64,000 bases of DNA from Utricularia gibba (Eukaryota > Plantae > Magnoliophyta), in the NCBI GenBank assembly GCA_002189035.1, contig NEEC01000013.1:496001-560000 (forward strand), in the 5' to 3' direction. Below, one piece after another: positions 1 to 13,980 of the stretch; position 1 is the first letter of the stretch; every line of letters begins with the position of its first letter. The position numbers and the translations under genes are program-made. The notes below the pieces were generated by a model. That model saw only the letters and a program-made list of their open reading frames with translations. It did not search any database and was not told the origin of the DNA.

Positions 1-189
1 TTTCCTTCCGCACTTCCTGCCTCATCACCACTATTTGAACTTGTGTTGGCATGCTTTCATTTCCTCCCTCCATACACAGATGATGGCTACTCTTGAAATG
101 GAGAAGGCTCATCATGAGCAGATTATTTATCATTAGTTTCAAATGATGAGCTTGGGTAGGGCAACAACAAGTTTATTGAATCAAACATG

Positions 190-2392
190 TAGTCTTCTAT
201 GGCTGAAGGTATTTTCTATTTTACATTAGTTACGTTTCCGTCTTCTAGGAGCATTCCATCTACTCTATCTTTTTTGAAGATATCAATCCAATCCTCATAG
301 TAAGGCAAACTTTTATTCCTCAACATATTGTGAGTATGCTGATGATTGTTTAGAATGGATTTGCTAAATGTCGTGGTCTAGCACATTAAACACATCAAAA
401 TAAATTTATTAACCTAGCTATTCTATTACACAAATCATATGAATTAATATAGTGTGAGAACCAAGAGTCGAATCCACATGGAATTATTGCAATTTCATGA
501 AGCTTATAACATTTACTGAAAACAGGGAGGTTTCTTCTTGGGATTTAGCTCTAATGCACGTAAGATATAAAATAACAGTACCTGAAATAAACAAGTTGCA
601 GGGATGAAAAGGCACTGAAATTAACGTGAATGAGCAAAAAACATAAAATAAAAGTAACTTGGCTGAGTTTTATATCAAGATCTATCTCTTGTGTCACTTA
701 AGAGAGACCATAGGCTTAAACCCAACTTTAAAACACTTAAAAACAGAGCAATGGTTCGCAGGAACAGTGAAAAGCATGTTAAACATAGAACCAAACACGA
801 AAAGGTAAAACGAAACATGTTCATAAACTGAAATAAGGTTTACAGAGTGTTTCCCGTTCACAACTAAGTACCAGAAATGTAACAGAAAGCATCAAAACGA
901 AGACAGTAACAATAGCAAGTTCACGTAAAAATGGAAGTGCATAAATATGCAAATAAAAGTGTCAAGCTGCTTTTGTAGGCTGTAGATCTACTAAAAATCA
1001 AAGTTCTGAGCAAAAAGATGGTGTAGAAATGCAGATCTGGAGGTCACTAGAGATGTTCACTGGAGAAACATAGTTTTTGTTTTTCCCCGTCTATTCACTT
1101 CCCCCGTCTACCTACTATGTGCTCCTTGTCTCTCTCTTCCTTTTTCCTTTTTCAGCTTAAAAGTAAGGATAGTTTTGTCTTTTCCTCAAGCTTTTAGAAA
1201 AGATATCTCTGCTCCAAATCTTATCTCTTCAAAAGGGTGTTTGCTTTCAGTGAAAATTAACTTTTGCATAGCATTTCTGTCCCTATTGACTTGTCAACGC
1301 AGAAAAAGCGTTATTACAATACTAGCTCTTACCTTGTTAAAATTTAAACACACACTAGATGAAAATTTTAGATCTTTCAGCTCAATTGTTGCTAATTGAT
1401 CATGTTTTCACAATAAACACATTTTAACAAACGAAATACACAAAAGCAAACAATTCAGCATACTAAACAACATTTGACCCTACAAAACACACATAAAAAT
1501 ACATATAAAAACATAATAAAAACAGTGTTATCATATGCGCATCCTACTGTTCACATTGTTAAAGACCATTAAAAAATAAATGAACAAGGGGAAAACAAAA
1601 ATATAAAAAATATATTACATAATGCCTACTTTAACTCCATCCACAATTCTGATGTTGAATATATCCTTGGTAGTCTAGTCAAAACCAGTTGCATTTTTGC
1701 TTAAGAAGTCAACGAATATATTATAATCTCTCTTGAAGCTACCCAACTTGGAATACATATGAGGATGGACTTTTTTTTTAGTTCCAGAACAAAAATTCAT
1801 GAATGCTTGCTCTAAAGCAAATAGACATTTTGGCTTCTATCCATTCTCAGAACGCCACACCATTGGCTATTAACTCCTTCAATACAGTTATAAACATCCT
1901 TTCTTTATGTACATTCCAATTGCACTTAGTCTTAGAACATTCACCTCCTCTGATTCCTATCGCTTTCTTATTGTATCAGTTTGGTTTGTTCATAATAGGC
2001 TAGATGACAGTAAATGTAACAAGTAGACACATCTATTATAACTTAATCAACAGTAAAAAAAAATGTACAATGAACCCTCCATCAATATAAGTAAACAAAA
2101 ATAGTGAAGGATCTTACATGGACATCAAATACACGAGAAAGAACCCTAGAAACCGAAAAGCAAGTGGAGAAGAGCAAAATGGTGCAGAATCAAGATAGTA
2201 ATAACTAAATCTTATTTAATCATGAGAGTATTCTGATGATTTTCCTAAAATCATTTAATTTAATAATATTCTACCAAACATAAAATATTATTAATATCTC
2301 TATTTTAAAATAATGTTACCAAATATATATTCAATCTAAACAACAATAATCTTAGAAAACTACAAACTAAACAATCTTATCGAACGGCACCC
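190..2392 (-). mobile_element. Degenerate PIF/Harbinger-type DNA transposon relic (Myb/SANT-like ORF), interrupted by a solo LTR
   Basis: Minus-strand translation with stops and frameshifts gives KCNWNVHKERMFITVLKELIANG (~1850-1940) and HPHMYSKLGSFKRDYNIFVDFLSKNATGFD*TTK (~1650-1770). Across the excised LTR it continues DAHTHNMLRNKSLPYYEDWIDIFKKDRVDG (1543-1534 joined to 339-260). This matches the recalled Harbinger ORF1 Myb/SANT pattern. A TIR-like end CGAACGGCACCC lies at 2381-2392. The left boundary is approximate. Confidence 0.7.
340..1533 (-). mobile_element. Solo LTR (Gypsy/Athila-like), 1194 bp, perfect 5-bp TSD TATGC
   Basis: TG...CA termini (TGATGA at 340; TGTTATCA ending 1533). TATGC flanks both sides (335-339 and 1534-1538). 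It aligns by eye along its length with the reverse complement of 32137-33337. Confidence 0.9.
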
Positions 2393-5300
2393 TATCAATA
2401 TTTGTTGTCTCCTATTTATTTAATTTCATTTATTGCTTTAATAAGTTACTTTAAATTTTGGTTAGGACTTAAATTATAATTATATGATAAATTAGCATTC
2501 TATTAGCTCACTACAAGCATAAGCTTTTTGTTTTCAATCTCAAGTGTTATTATGCATGTCATTTAAATTTGTAACTTGTGCACACTAGGGAATATAAATC
2601 TATATTCGATACAAGAGTTTCAATATTTTCAGAAAATTGGGAACTTTTGTTTACCAATTTTTAAATCAATGTCGACTATAATCCATGAATAGTAAAATCA
2701 TAAATATGATACAATGTACAATATGCTTTCCATATATTGTTTATCGGTATATTTTTCATATTTGTGATTTTCATTAATGAATATACTCAACATATACTCT
2801 TCTATATGTATCTTGTTGATTTGTATATCTCTCTATCATTCCCTTTTAAATTAATGTATAAAAATCTTAAATATTAATATTTAAAATGATTAATTGCATC
2901 AGTGCCCAATATTTGAGTAAACAAGTTGACAAGTTGTTACATTGAACGAGTGTGCTTAGTGCTGATAAATTCATGTTCAGTAGCATTACGAACAATAAAA
3001 CATTCTACCTCAATGTGTTTAGTTCATTCATGAACTATTAGATTTGCATATATATGAAGAGGTGTTTGATTATCATAACTCAAATGAATAAAATTCTTAT
3101 TCTTAATATTAAGCTCACCAATGAAAATGTTGATCTATTTTACTTTAGACATTATCATAGCCATCTCTTGATACTTTACTTTTGTAGATGAATGAAAAAT
3201 AGTTTTTTTCTTAATTTTTTTATGAGATTACAAATCAACCAAGATTCACAAGATGTTTATCAATAAGCACCAAGTGAAATGATTGATATTATCTACTTTT
3301 TGGGAATTTTTACATTTGAGTTTAATCATAAATTACACAAAATGCATGATTTAGATGATGAAAGTGTTCAAATTATACAATATCATTTTTGTATATTGGT
3401 AACGCCCGAAACTATGCATTTAGTTTTAGTTCAACATTGAAGTAAGTTTAAGAGTATGTTTAAAGGTAGGAATTTTATTTGGAATTGGATATGAGAAGGG
3501 TAAGCCACTTGGGTCAATCCAAAATTATGGAAAAACTTTTCTTAAGATATTTTCTGAACAAGGGCCAGAAAGAAGAAAAAGTGATATGATGGAATCAAAA
3601 AACAAGAAATTGGCATGACATTTAGCTCTAACTGTTATGATGAGGGACATATTAACATGATTTGACTATAGGAATAAAAGAAAAAATAATTAAGATGAAA
3701 AGAATAGAGTGATTCTGGAGGGAAGCTCCACGTCAAGAAATCAAGTAGTTGGAAGGGTGCCTCCAAGACGGAAGATTTTCCACCGACCAATTATGAAAAA
3801 CTTAGGAGAATACAAACTAACGATGATGAGCTCGAGGGAACAACAAGATCTACAATTTGTGTGGCGAGGGGAAAAGCTAAAACTAAATGAAAATTATGAA
3901 AGAGTGAAAAGGTTGCTAATACTGTTCACTCTCTTAAGGATATTATGAAGTAAAACATGGGTGTTGAAAACAACCTATAGAAGAAGACTTACTAAACATA
4001 CTTTCAAGATCATTGTTGCTTTTATTTACTATTTTTCGACTTCATGGCATGAATATTTTAACTATTTTTTTAATTACTATTTTCAATCTATTTAATTTGG
4101 ATAACATTTTATACATTTTCCATATTTGTAGCCTACTAGAAACGTTTCCTTTAATTGTTTTCATATTTACCTATTTACAACATGCTTCCAAATCTTCTAT
4201 TTAATCTAGTTCACATATAGGACTTATATTTAGAAACCAATTTATCTCATTGAATTGATTTGAACTTGCAACTACTATATTTATTTTTATGTAGAATATT
4301 TGTGAATTGCATGTTAACCATATAAATGTTTTGATAAGGAAACTGTTTTAGACTCATGATACTTAAATAAATTTATCATTTACCAATAAAAACTTGTATA
4401 ATCGGAATTGTAATATGACTTCAATTGAATAGAACTAATCACATTTACTTTGTACGATATTGTTTGTTTCGAACACCTAACACTAATTGTTTTACGTTTT
4501 TCCCACATAGGAAAAATGCCTCATATAAGATTAGAAAGGTCCTTTTATTTAGACACATTTATTTTCTGTCCATAATCCATGTCCATCACCAGTCTCTTGG
4601 TTCAAGCAAAATTACTTGCCCTGACAGGCCCTTAAAATATCGCATGACTTGCACCGTAGTTGACTAATGGTACAAGGTAGGCTTTTGAAGAAACTAAGCG
4701 AAAACATTGACTATCTAAAATTCAAACACCTATAAAACAAATACATCAAGAATTTAACCAACCAGCAATATTTCTCACAATCTTGCATTTTTATCATACT
4801 AAATTATATCAAAGTATAATTGGAATCAGATCTAATTCTATTATTTATAATTTTATTTTTTAAATAATGTAAAAAGCATACATTTATTCACACAATGCAT
4901 ACCTCGTACATTTAAAGCCACTTGAGTGTGAGTTAAATACTTTAATGCTCTCAAGTTTTTCATAAAAAAATATAAACCATATATTCACTACTTTCTACTA
5001 TTATCAAGTCATAGACATGCACAAATACCAAAATTATGCTTCTAAAGTTCTCTAACAAAATAATGAATAATTAACTCAAGGCTAGTGAAAGCCAAAAGAT
5101 TTAAAAGAACTAATGAGGTTAACATCACCGTACCTGACTTATATTATGCAAAAAAATTTGTAATTTGCAAACTTTCATTTAGAATTTTCAAGAAAAATTG
5201 ATGGCAAGTGCATGTATATTTATTCATTAAAATCTACATGAGAAAATGAATTATTGACATCTATTTGATGTAATATTGAATTTTGAATAGTTGTAATTAT

Positions 5301-6099
5301 CCATAAGATTTGAATAATCACCATCTTAGCAATTGGGGCAAAGTTTTGTGTGTATTAAAAGAAACTGCATTACTGACACATCCATTTTATGTACTACTCA
5401 ACTTTGTACAATTGCAATTATCAATAAGATTTGAATAGTTACTATTTTGATAAGTACGTTAAAAGCTATGTTTAATCAATTCCTTCAAATTGTGAGTGAT
5501 AACATATAGTCTTAAATAATTTTAAGTTAAAAAATAGATAGTATTGTGTTGTAAAATTAGGATTTTATTAAACATTTTAAAATTTTTGCAATAAGCAGCT
5601 CAACTTTAAGCATTTTATTTGAGATTGACTCTAAATCCTAGATATAGCTCCAATCTTTTATCTGATCATTTTTCATTGGGCTGCATTAGGTTTTTAGCAT
5701 GCCTAATCATGAGGAGGTGAAAGTGTACAATGAAGGTACATAAAAATGAGGATAATAAAAAAGAGAGGGAGAGAGAGTACACCAAATTACAAGAAGATAA
5801 AAAATGAGATTTTTGGATAAAATAGGATAGAGAAAATATCTTGAGGTACACATAACACATGGAGAAAACTTGCCGAAGAACGATAAAGAAGGAGGAGACA
5901 AAATCAAGAACCAAGCACATCTTTGAAAATTTCTACTTTATTGGGAACACTATTCATAGATAAGAGTAGATTGTAAATGATTCATAATTTTGTGTTGAAC
6001 TATTTGCATTTTTTGTTACTATTTATTTTCTTGTTTTCAAGCTGCAAACTTCAACATGTTATTAATGTTCTGTTATGAACTTGTTTTATTTTTCATTAA

Positions 6100-6545
6100 T
6101 ATGAGTATGATCGGGGCATTAAATCGGTATATGCCTCATGGAGACAAAAATTAGCTGGGAAGAGTCTTGGACGACTCTGACAAGTTGTAGTAGGTGGACA
6201 GACCCACAGGCACAGGCACCGTTTTGACAGAATCTGGAAATTAGTTAATTGTAGGAGTCTCACCAGAGATGGCGATTATGTGCAAGAGACCACATATATT
6301 GTCATTAAGTGCAGAAAGCAGCTTACATGTATAGTATTCGGTCGAGACAATCTCTTCTATAAATAAGAGAATGTCTGAAGAAAAAAGAATTGAATTCTCA
6401 ACATACCTCTTGTAACCCTTCTTTCTTTCGTTCATAGTAAAACTATTTTTTCGATAACCTCCTCCAACTTCATAGATTTTCCGTCCATCGATAGTTTTCA
6501 CATAAAAAATCTTTGTCTTATCTTATCGCTTAACTTCCAACAACA
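6100..6545 (+). mobile_element. LTR-like fragment (Gypsy Tat/Ogre-like), degenerate
   Basis: GC-richer island with CTATAAATAAGAG followed by a pyrimidine-rich tail ending CAACA. The layout resembles 52312-52920. No TSD was found and the boundaries are approximate. Confidence 0.3.
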
Positions 6546-8859
6546 CTCCTAGAAACCCCCAACTCGAGAATTGGATACATATAAGCCGATTTCATAATCC
6601 GAAAAATCAGCCACCTTCATAAATTCAATTTTCTACCACATTAGCTAAGGACCAAATGTTGCCTTGGGACAAAAAGGAATAAACATGATTGTTAATTATT
6701 AGACCACACTAGCTAGATAATTACATTTATTTCTTATCCAACGAAAATAGATTCAGAAGAGATAAATAGTGATATGTTTATCAATATACAAACCTAATAA
6801 AAGGTAACCCATAGGTTAGGGAGAGATAAAGGTTTAGATAAACTTGAATTTTTATTATATTTGATGAATGATTTTTTTGGTTAGGGTGAGATAATGATAG
6901 TGATGATCATACTACTTCTAGAAATCCCAAGGTGTCACTTTTTGCACAGCAACCGAATTTACTAGTTCAATGTATTGCTTTATTGTATTTTATCCAAAAA
7001 CTGCATTAGTCTTAGTTTAGACTTAATATTCCATCTTGAAAAAAATAGAATGTCTCATGTCCCACATAATAACCACAAAGCTCTTTGTGTTCAACCATAA
7101 TTCCACTATGCTCACATTTTTTATGATGGATCATAAATTAAGCTTATAAATTTATCGTAGAATTGCATTTGTATAATGACATGTGAACTTTCCGTTTATC
7201 AAGGAGTTTTTCTATATCTAGAAATCATAGATTGTAGCATTCAACATTGTCATTTTATTTATTATTACTTCAAAATACCTACATGTTTATCAAGGGTCTT
7301 TTCCTTAAGGGGAAGGGGTTTCAAGTCCAAATTTTGTTGCTTTCCAAAGCATGAAATAAATTTTTATAGTAATATGCCATTTAAAATCTTTAAGAACTCC
7401 CTCTTAACTATTGAATCGAAACACAAAATAGAACTAAGTATATGACAAATTATCGGCATCTTTGTACACCCAAGAAGTCAAGATATTTAGAGGCACTAAA
7501 TTAGAAAATTTACTTTGCAAAAAGTATGCTCATGTAATCTTGGAACTTCTCGTGAGGCTTTTTTTTATTTGAGTGCTCCATTGTTGATTTTATTCATTTT
7601 CAACAACACTTTCCAAGTTTGCAGCCATTCTTTAGTTTTGTTCTTTTACGAATGATTCAAATGGATCAAAGGGAGAGTAGATGATAAATGCTAAATTCAA
7701 GAGGATACTGTAAAATAGGAAGTTCACATATTAAATAAAATTTATGATCACTAATACGCATTAGTAACTAACTTTATAGAAGCATATAATAGTGTCAGAA
7801 TCAAATATATAGAAGTCGTACTTATAATGTGCACTAGTATAACTATTCACCATTTATTCACATTCTAGTGGTTTGATTATGCAATACAATGGTTACCAAT
7901 TTTCATGAAATGTGATAACAGTACATAAAAATGCAGATAAAACTAATTTGATATTTTTATATACCACTCATTTGAAAGTATTTGAAGAATAAAATAAAAC
8001 ATACCTATTTGATATTTATCAACGATCCACCTCTGGATATCTAGATGAGACGAAGAAATAATTCACATAATAGAAACAGAAGAATTAACAGCAATTGAAA
8101 CATTCCGAAAAACTATGATATTATTATAGTCAAATCTCAAGAAGTGAAAAATGAAAAAAAAAAACAAAAAGAATTTGGAGAAATGAATTAAAATATAGAA
8201 TAATAAAAGGAATATTATTAAGAATAATTTTGCTAAAGTGAGAATGAAAAACCAGAATTTGTGAAATGGTACATTTTTCATTAAAGTGTTATTTTTTATT
8301 ATATTATTTTAAAAATGAGAAATAGATGTATTTTATAAAAAAATGAAAATAAATATTTACAAAAAATAGTTTAACTCTCTGTAATTGATGCTCAATAGTT
8401 TTTTTTTGGGTCTTGCAATCGTGATTAATTCTTGAAACATAACTTATTTGTAATAAGAAATCACCATCGACTGTGTGATACATAGTAGGATTTCCCACAT
8501 GGCATGGGGAATGAATGGTATGCCGTACAGCAAATGGATTCCCCTATTTCTAAGGTGTCGTCGTTCGATATGCACCCACACAATTCTAATTATAGAATTT
8601 AAAATGAGAATGTAATTAAAAAAATAGAAAGTAAGAATATCCGAGCTATCCGAGTGCCAATGTGGTGCATGTACGAGTACGCTGTTAGAATCTATACGGT
8701 GAAAATACGAGTTTACCCCCATTTGAAAACCCAGAATTATCCTGTGAATTATTAAGAAGGCAATAATGAGGAGAAAGATTGGTTTCTCTGCCCTGGTTAT
8801 TATTTAATTTCCGAAAGGGGTGATTGATGTGATGGAATGAGTAATCGGGGCCGTAGATC

Positions 8860-9215
8860 TCACACGTGATCAGCGGTCCGGTGCACCCGCTCCCACGAGA
8901 TAGATTATTTTCTCCCTCCGGTTAAAACGCGCAATCATGGTTGGTAATGACAATCTTGTCTGCATGACGCAACGGTGACGTTTTGCACGCCCACGCAATC
9001 CAACGGCTGGGATTGGAGATGCCCTTCGTATCTGACGCTCTGACACCCTTTCAATTTCTATTCATCAAATTAATCGAATTATTATTACATTCGTACCTAG
9101 ATACTTTTTGTGACTTTATACCAGCTGAGCTGTCGTGGCACAACCCCCCGTGTAAGGTGGCCGCGAATACTATCTATCTATGAACTCGAGCACGTGTGTG
9201 GTGATGACGTGTGCA
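8860..9215. promoter_or_regulatory. Cluster of bZIP/CAMTA-type motifs upstream of the ERF084-like gene
   Basis: CACGTG at 8863-8868 and 9191-9196, TGACG-N6-TGACG at 8965-8980, ACGCG near 8928 and TGACGTG near 9205, all in a GC-rich island inside AT-rich DNA. Function is inferred only. Confidence 0.35.
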
Positions 9216-10353
9216 TGGGCTGCCCAATTTCGCACCAGGGAAGGACTTCCTCTTCATACGAATTACGAGCCACTCCTGAAGAACGAAAGGTCTGATCTTT
9301 ACTGCATGGATGGATGGAAGGTCCGAACGATCAACTCTGCAATCAGTTAACATTGGTTGGTTCCATTAACAATTTGAACTCCCAAGGGACACTCCATGCT
9401 CACCAGAAATTGAGATCTTAACTCGTAGCATAGCCTGGAGTATATGGCCCCATTCCGTCATTCCAATCTTTGAAATGATTGTAGAGAATTATTTGAATTT
9501 GGGGATTATGTGAATGATTAATGTCAAAAACAGTGGACGGTCTTTGTTTTTTTGAAACACTATATTTTTATATTTAATGTCGTGCATGAAATTGCATATT
9601 CTATGAATGTGGTTGCGAAATCCAATCCATTATGAAGTATTTCAAAAGTTAATCGTGTACACATCCTAATTTTAAAGAGTACTAAGAACATGTTTCATTC
9701 TACTCCTTCAAAAAATGCTTTTAATAAAATAAAATTTGAAAATTTATAACTTCTTAGGAATAAGATGTGCTTTTAAATTTCTATTTTTTGAATTAAAAAG
9801 TCATTCATCTATTTTAAAAAGACTTTGAGGGGTTTTTCTAAAAGTAGAAATATAATGCTCGAGAGAAATAAGATGAGGTAATGAATGAATGGCTCAAATG
9901 ATGGCCAAGTTTAATACAAAACCAGCTTGAAAAAAGAGAAGAAGGTCTGGTTTATCTTAAAAAGGTGATGGGAAGTTGGATGGATGGATACTGATGGATT
10001 GATAGCATCAAAACCCCCAGTCCAGTATTAGCCCAAATCACCCCCCAAGCCTTCAGCCCCCTCGATCAGCTTCAAAGCACAGCAAATCCACTCTCCGTAC
10101 GGTCACATCAAATAAATCTATTTTATGCATCTATCATTTTTTTTTTTTTTTTACGAAGAGGCGAATGAGTATATATTTTTGTACACATAGGAACTGATTT
10201 AGTGGCCATAGTGTAAATATGAACTATTTTAGTGCACAAAACGCCCATCCCAACCCAGCGGCTATGGGCATGTGTGCATTTCTTTGTGGTTGTGATTCTT
10301 CTGGTAATGCCCAAATTCGAGGAAAAATGAACGACTAGGCTCAGGGCACTGAT

Positions 10354-10360
10354 TATAAAT
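10354..10360 (+). promoter_or_regulatory. TATA box of the ERF084-like gene
   Basis: TATAAAT starting 70 bp upstream of the ATG at 10424. Confidence 0.55.
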
Positions 10361-10423
10361 AGTGCAAGCCCTGGGGTTGAATCTGCAACGCTCTGTTCAC
10401 TCTTTCGTCTCCCACCGAAAGCC

Positions 10424-10992
10424 ATGATGGCCAACAATCTCACTTTCCTTCCTTTTTCGCCGGAACCGCCTCTCCTTGAAGGTATCGCCGCGGTTGTCGG
10501 CGAGCACGTCCTCTTCGGACACAGCGCCGCCGCCCAGAAACCCCTCAAAGATGCGTCGGCTACAACCCCCATCGGAGTAACCAAAGCTTACCGCGGAGTG
10601 AGGAAGAGGCCGTGGGGAGATGGTCCGCGGAGATCCGAGACCGTATTGGGAGGTGTCGACACTGGCTCGGGACGTTTGACACGGCTGAGGACGCCGCCCG
10701 GGCTTACGACGCGGCGGCCCGTCGGCTACGTGGGTCCAAAGCGAGAACCAATTTTCCGATCCCCTCCGTGGTTCCAGTGAGCGAGCCATCATCATCATCA
10801 TCATCATCGAAGAAAAAGAAGAGCGGTGGCGGCGGCGCGGTTAGATCCAACGGCGGGAAGAAGTGCCGCGTGGTGACATCGGTTGCGCATCTTTTTGGGC
10901 CGAATCTGAATCCGAATCCATCGGTGGAGATTGAAACTGGGGTTAGCCTGGAACTTGGGCTGAAGACTGCCTTCTTCAACGCAAAACAGTAG
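10424..10992 (+). CDS. ERF084: AP2/ERF transcription factor, ERF084-like, intronless, about 189 aa; one-base frameshift in GGGG at 10614-10617
   Basis: Frame 1 reads MMANN...[14 protein letters not shown]...[10 protein letters not shown]. Frame 2 continues [46 protein letters not shown] to TAG at 10992. Adding one G (CCG TGG GGG AGA TGG) restores a complete AP2 domain (570 nt). The symbol rests on the recalled diagnostic [10 protein letters not shown]. Confidence 0.88.
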
Positions 10993-13689
10993 TATATGAA
11001 GGCTGATCTGATATACTATAATCTCTCTCCATGTGTAAATCTTTAAGCTTAAGTTTACTAGGGTTTTAGACTCGCAGCTGAAATGGAATTTGTGCTTCCT
11101 TTTGCTGCCTAGGTGGGATCAACCTTTCTCGGTCTCTGAGTAAGCTTCTGTTATTATCCTCCAGTGCTTTTTCTCAGGTTTCTGTGAAACACCCTCATGA
11201 ACTGAATGTTCCAGTGCAGGATTCACAGCGAAGCATTTACTCACACGTTGTTAAATAGTTATTTTATATCGAACTGCGGTGCTCTTTGTGCAGAACAAGA
11301 AAAGCTTCAAAAGTTATGATGAGTGTTTTTACGGAGAAGAAAATCAAGTAATGATATCAAGTGGGGTTTTAAGGGTTAATGACCCATTGTGCACGTTAAT
11401 TGTTCGTATAATGAATATGCCACATATAAAAAAAAACTCCTTGATGCTCTATGTAAACTAGGAGATGAAGAAGGTGGCCACCCAGGTTTAAAAACCCTAA
11501 GCAGGGAAATGTAGTTGGGATGCAACACTAGTCGGTTTTTTTATATTATATTCAAACCTGTGTACCAGTCATGGAAATAGAATTTGATAGTGTGTAAGGG
11601 AGTGAGATTAATCATGATGGTTGCTGAATCCTCCAAACTCATGATTAATTGAAGTAGATGAATGCAAGTGAAAACTTAATTTTAGGGTGATAGTAGACCA
11701 ATCTCTCTTACAAACCTACCCAATTCTCCCAATTCGTACACTTATTGTGTCGTGTTTGAGAAAATGCCATTGATGTTGTCCAGTTGCATCAGTTGTGAGC
11801 AGGTGTATTGCATTTGTCATTGCCAAGGAGGTTGGTGTCGTTTGATGCTGCAAAAGAGTTTTTTTTTTCCCCAAATAAAGGGACCATAAATGATAGTTAA
11901 ATTCTTTTTCTTGCCGGAGCTCAGCACCCCAAGCAGCGGGAACATTGAAACTGATAGAAATTTGCCGAATACGATTCCGGTGAACAATGGGGAGAACATG
12001 TGAGTGATAAACCAAGTAATAATGGGTCGAGATTAACCCCCATCAAGCATACTGCATTTTTGAAGCTATTGTGATGCTGTTGGAGGAGGCAAGAAAGGAT
12101 GGTGGACAGTTTTCAGGGTGGTATCTGTGATTGGATCTTGATGAAAACTGTTGGATTTTAGCAGTTGGGTGAGACGCCGCTCGCTGTGTTCCAAGATAAG
12201 CAGCAAAAAGCTGATGCATGATTTTTCCCTCTTCTTCTTCCATTCAACGATCCGATCCATGCCGTGCACTGCTCACTTTAGTATCGAAACTCACATTATC
12301 TCCTACTTTATAACTTGCTCATCACTCCCATACACAGCATCACTAACTCATACCTTGTAGGGTATATTTTAATATCCCAATTTCACGTTAGAATAATTTT
12401 TATGAATTGAAAGTTGAAACATGATTCAATATGAATATTTTATAACTTTAGTTATTTCATGATATTCATCAAAATATTTAAAAATTAATAGAATTTATAT
12501 TTTATTAGCAATGTAAATTAGTTTTTTTATTTGGCATGAAAATAGATATTTTATAAATATAGAATATAATTACAAGTGATAAAAAAGATATTAGAGTATA
12601 AAACTACATTCTATGACTTTTTCATACAAGAACTTCGAGGGAGTTGTCTTTTTTACTCATGTAAAACCTGATTTGTATTCTCGTGATTCGGCTTTCTCTT
12701 ATGGTTATGTGTAGTTTGAAAATCAATGAATTTCTATCTGATCATAAATACCAACATAACATTAATACTATAAGGACGGAGATTAGTAAAAAACCATTCA
12801 TTTGAGCTCAATGTTATCATCATAATTATTATTATGGTGTCATGGTTACAAAGATTGGTTGAACAGTTTCTTTTGCAAACATTCAAATATGTTGCTAGTT
12901 ACAATTGAGTGGTACAGAAAGTACAAGAAAGATGACATAATGGAGGTATTTTACATTACTTATAATAAATTAACTTATAAGTAGTAGTTACTAAAAATTA
13001 ACTTAAAGTAAACAAAAAAGTAGGAATTGTTTGTTTTAATTTATTATAAAAAATATAAGTAAAAGTTAAGAGTGTTTGATATAATTTTTATAATTAATGA
13101 ATAAAAGTCTAAAACACCCTTATAGTCATATAAATGCTTTTAATATTATAGATTATATTTATTATACCTATATAATTATAATCCAATGTTTTTAAGTTAT
13201 GTGTATATATAACAAATTAATAATTATTTTTTACATATTTTAATGTATTTATAGATATTTGTATAGTTATATGAATCGCAATATATAAGAAATTAATATC
13301 AACACAAACTTCATTCAATCATAATAACATGGATAATAAATGATAGATTGACTTATATAAATTCTGAAAACAACAAGAGATAAGCTAAATTTGATATTAA
13401 AAGATGTGTTTAATTCATCCTATTAATTGATGCATATATTACATCAAGTAGAGTATTCATATATTCATTTTGAGTTGAGAATGCAAAAGATTCTATTGGT
13501 ATTCCATGCCAAGTCAACTGATGTGGTTACTGGTGTGAAGTTTCCTTATAAGTCAGAATAAATAAATGGATTGGTTCTGAATTTTTTGCATCCCAACATC
13601 TTCTAGTAAATATAAAATAATTGAGTTATAATGCATTTATCATTTATATGTAAGTGCAAATAAAACAAATTCACCTTAATCACTCTTGA

Positions 13690-13980
13690 CCACCATTCAT
13701 CTATTTAGGTTATAATTCTCAAGTTATCAATCCCAACCACTTCTAGTTGTTTTTTGAAGCCTCATCCATATAGATCCATCTTTGTTCATTATATTTAATT
13801 TATTCTACAATTGTTTCATCACATAACGACAGCCCATTCATTCATTGAAATCTTTCAAAAACCTATATCACCCTTGAGAATTGAAATATATTCCAAACAT
13901 GTTATTTACATAAACTTGATGTACACAAGCTTCCAAAAATACATGAGTTATATTTTCGTCCCAAGCAATATTGAAGGTAG
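13690..13980 (-). mobile_element. Second PIF/Harbinger Myb/SANT-like ORF relic
   Basis: A single minus frame with several stops reads AWDENITHVFLEACVHQV...FNSQG*YRFLKDFNE*MGCRYVMKQL*NKLNIMNKDGSIWMRLQKTTRSGWD. This matches the Myb_DNA-bind_3-type pattern of Harbinger ORF1. Confidence 0.72.

Noticed and set aside
2930-3120. hAT dimerisation-domain remnant
   Set aside because: Only a faint resemblance (TSCYIERV...), too degraded to support.
10611-10620. Programmed ribosomal frameshift as the explanation for the split ERF or VQ ORFs
   Set aside because: There is no X XXY YYZ slippery heptamer, and both breaks are in G4 runs typical of sequencing error.
10123-10979. Long antisense and overlapping ORFs over the ERF084-like gene (153, 136, 91 aa)
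   Set aside because: They are shadows of a GC-rich CDS with a (CAT)n repeat and show no independent motifs.
11840-12145. miR172-like fragments (TTGATGCTGCA; GGATCTTGATGA)
   Set aside because: These are only partial matches about 280 bp apart, with no mature 21-mer or star pairing.
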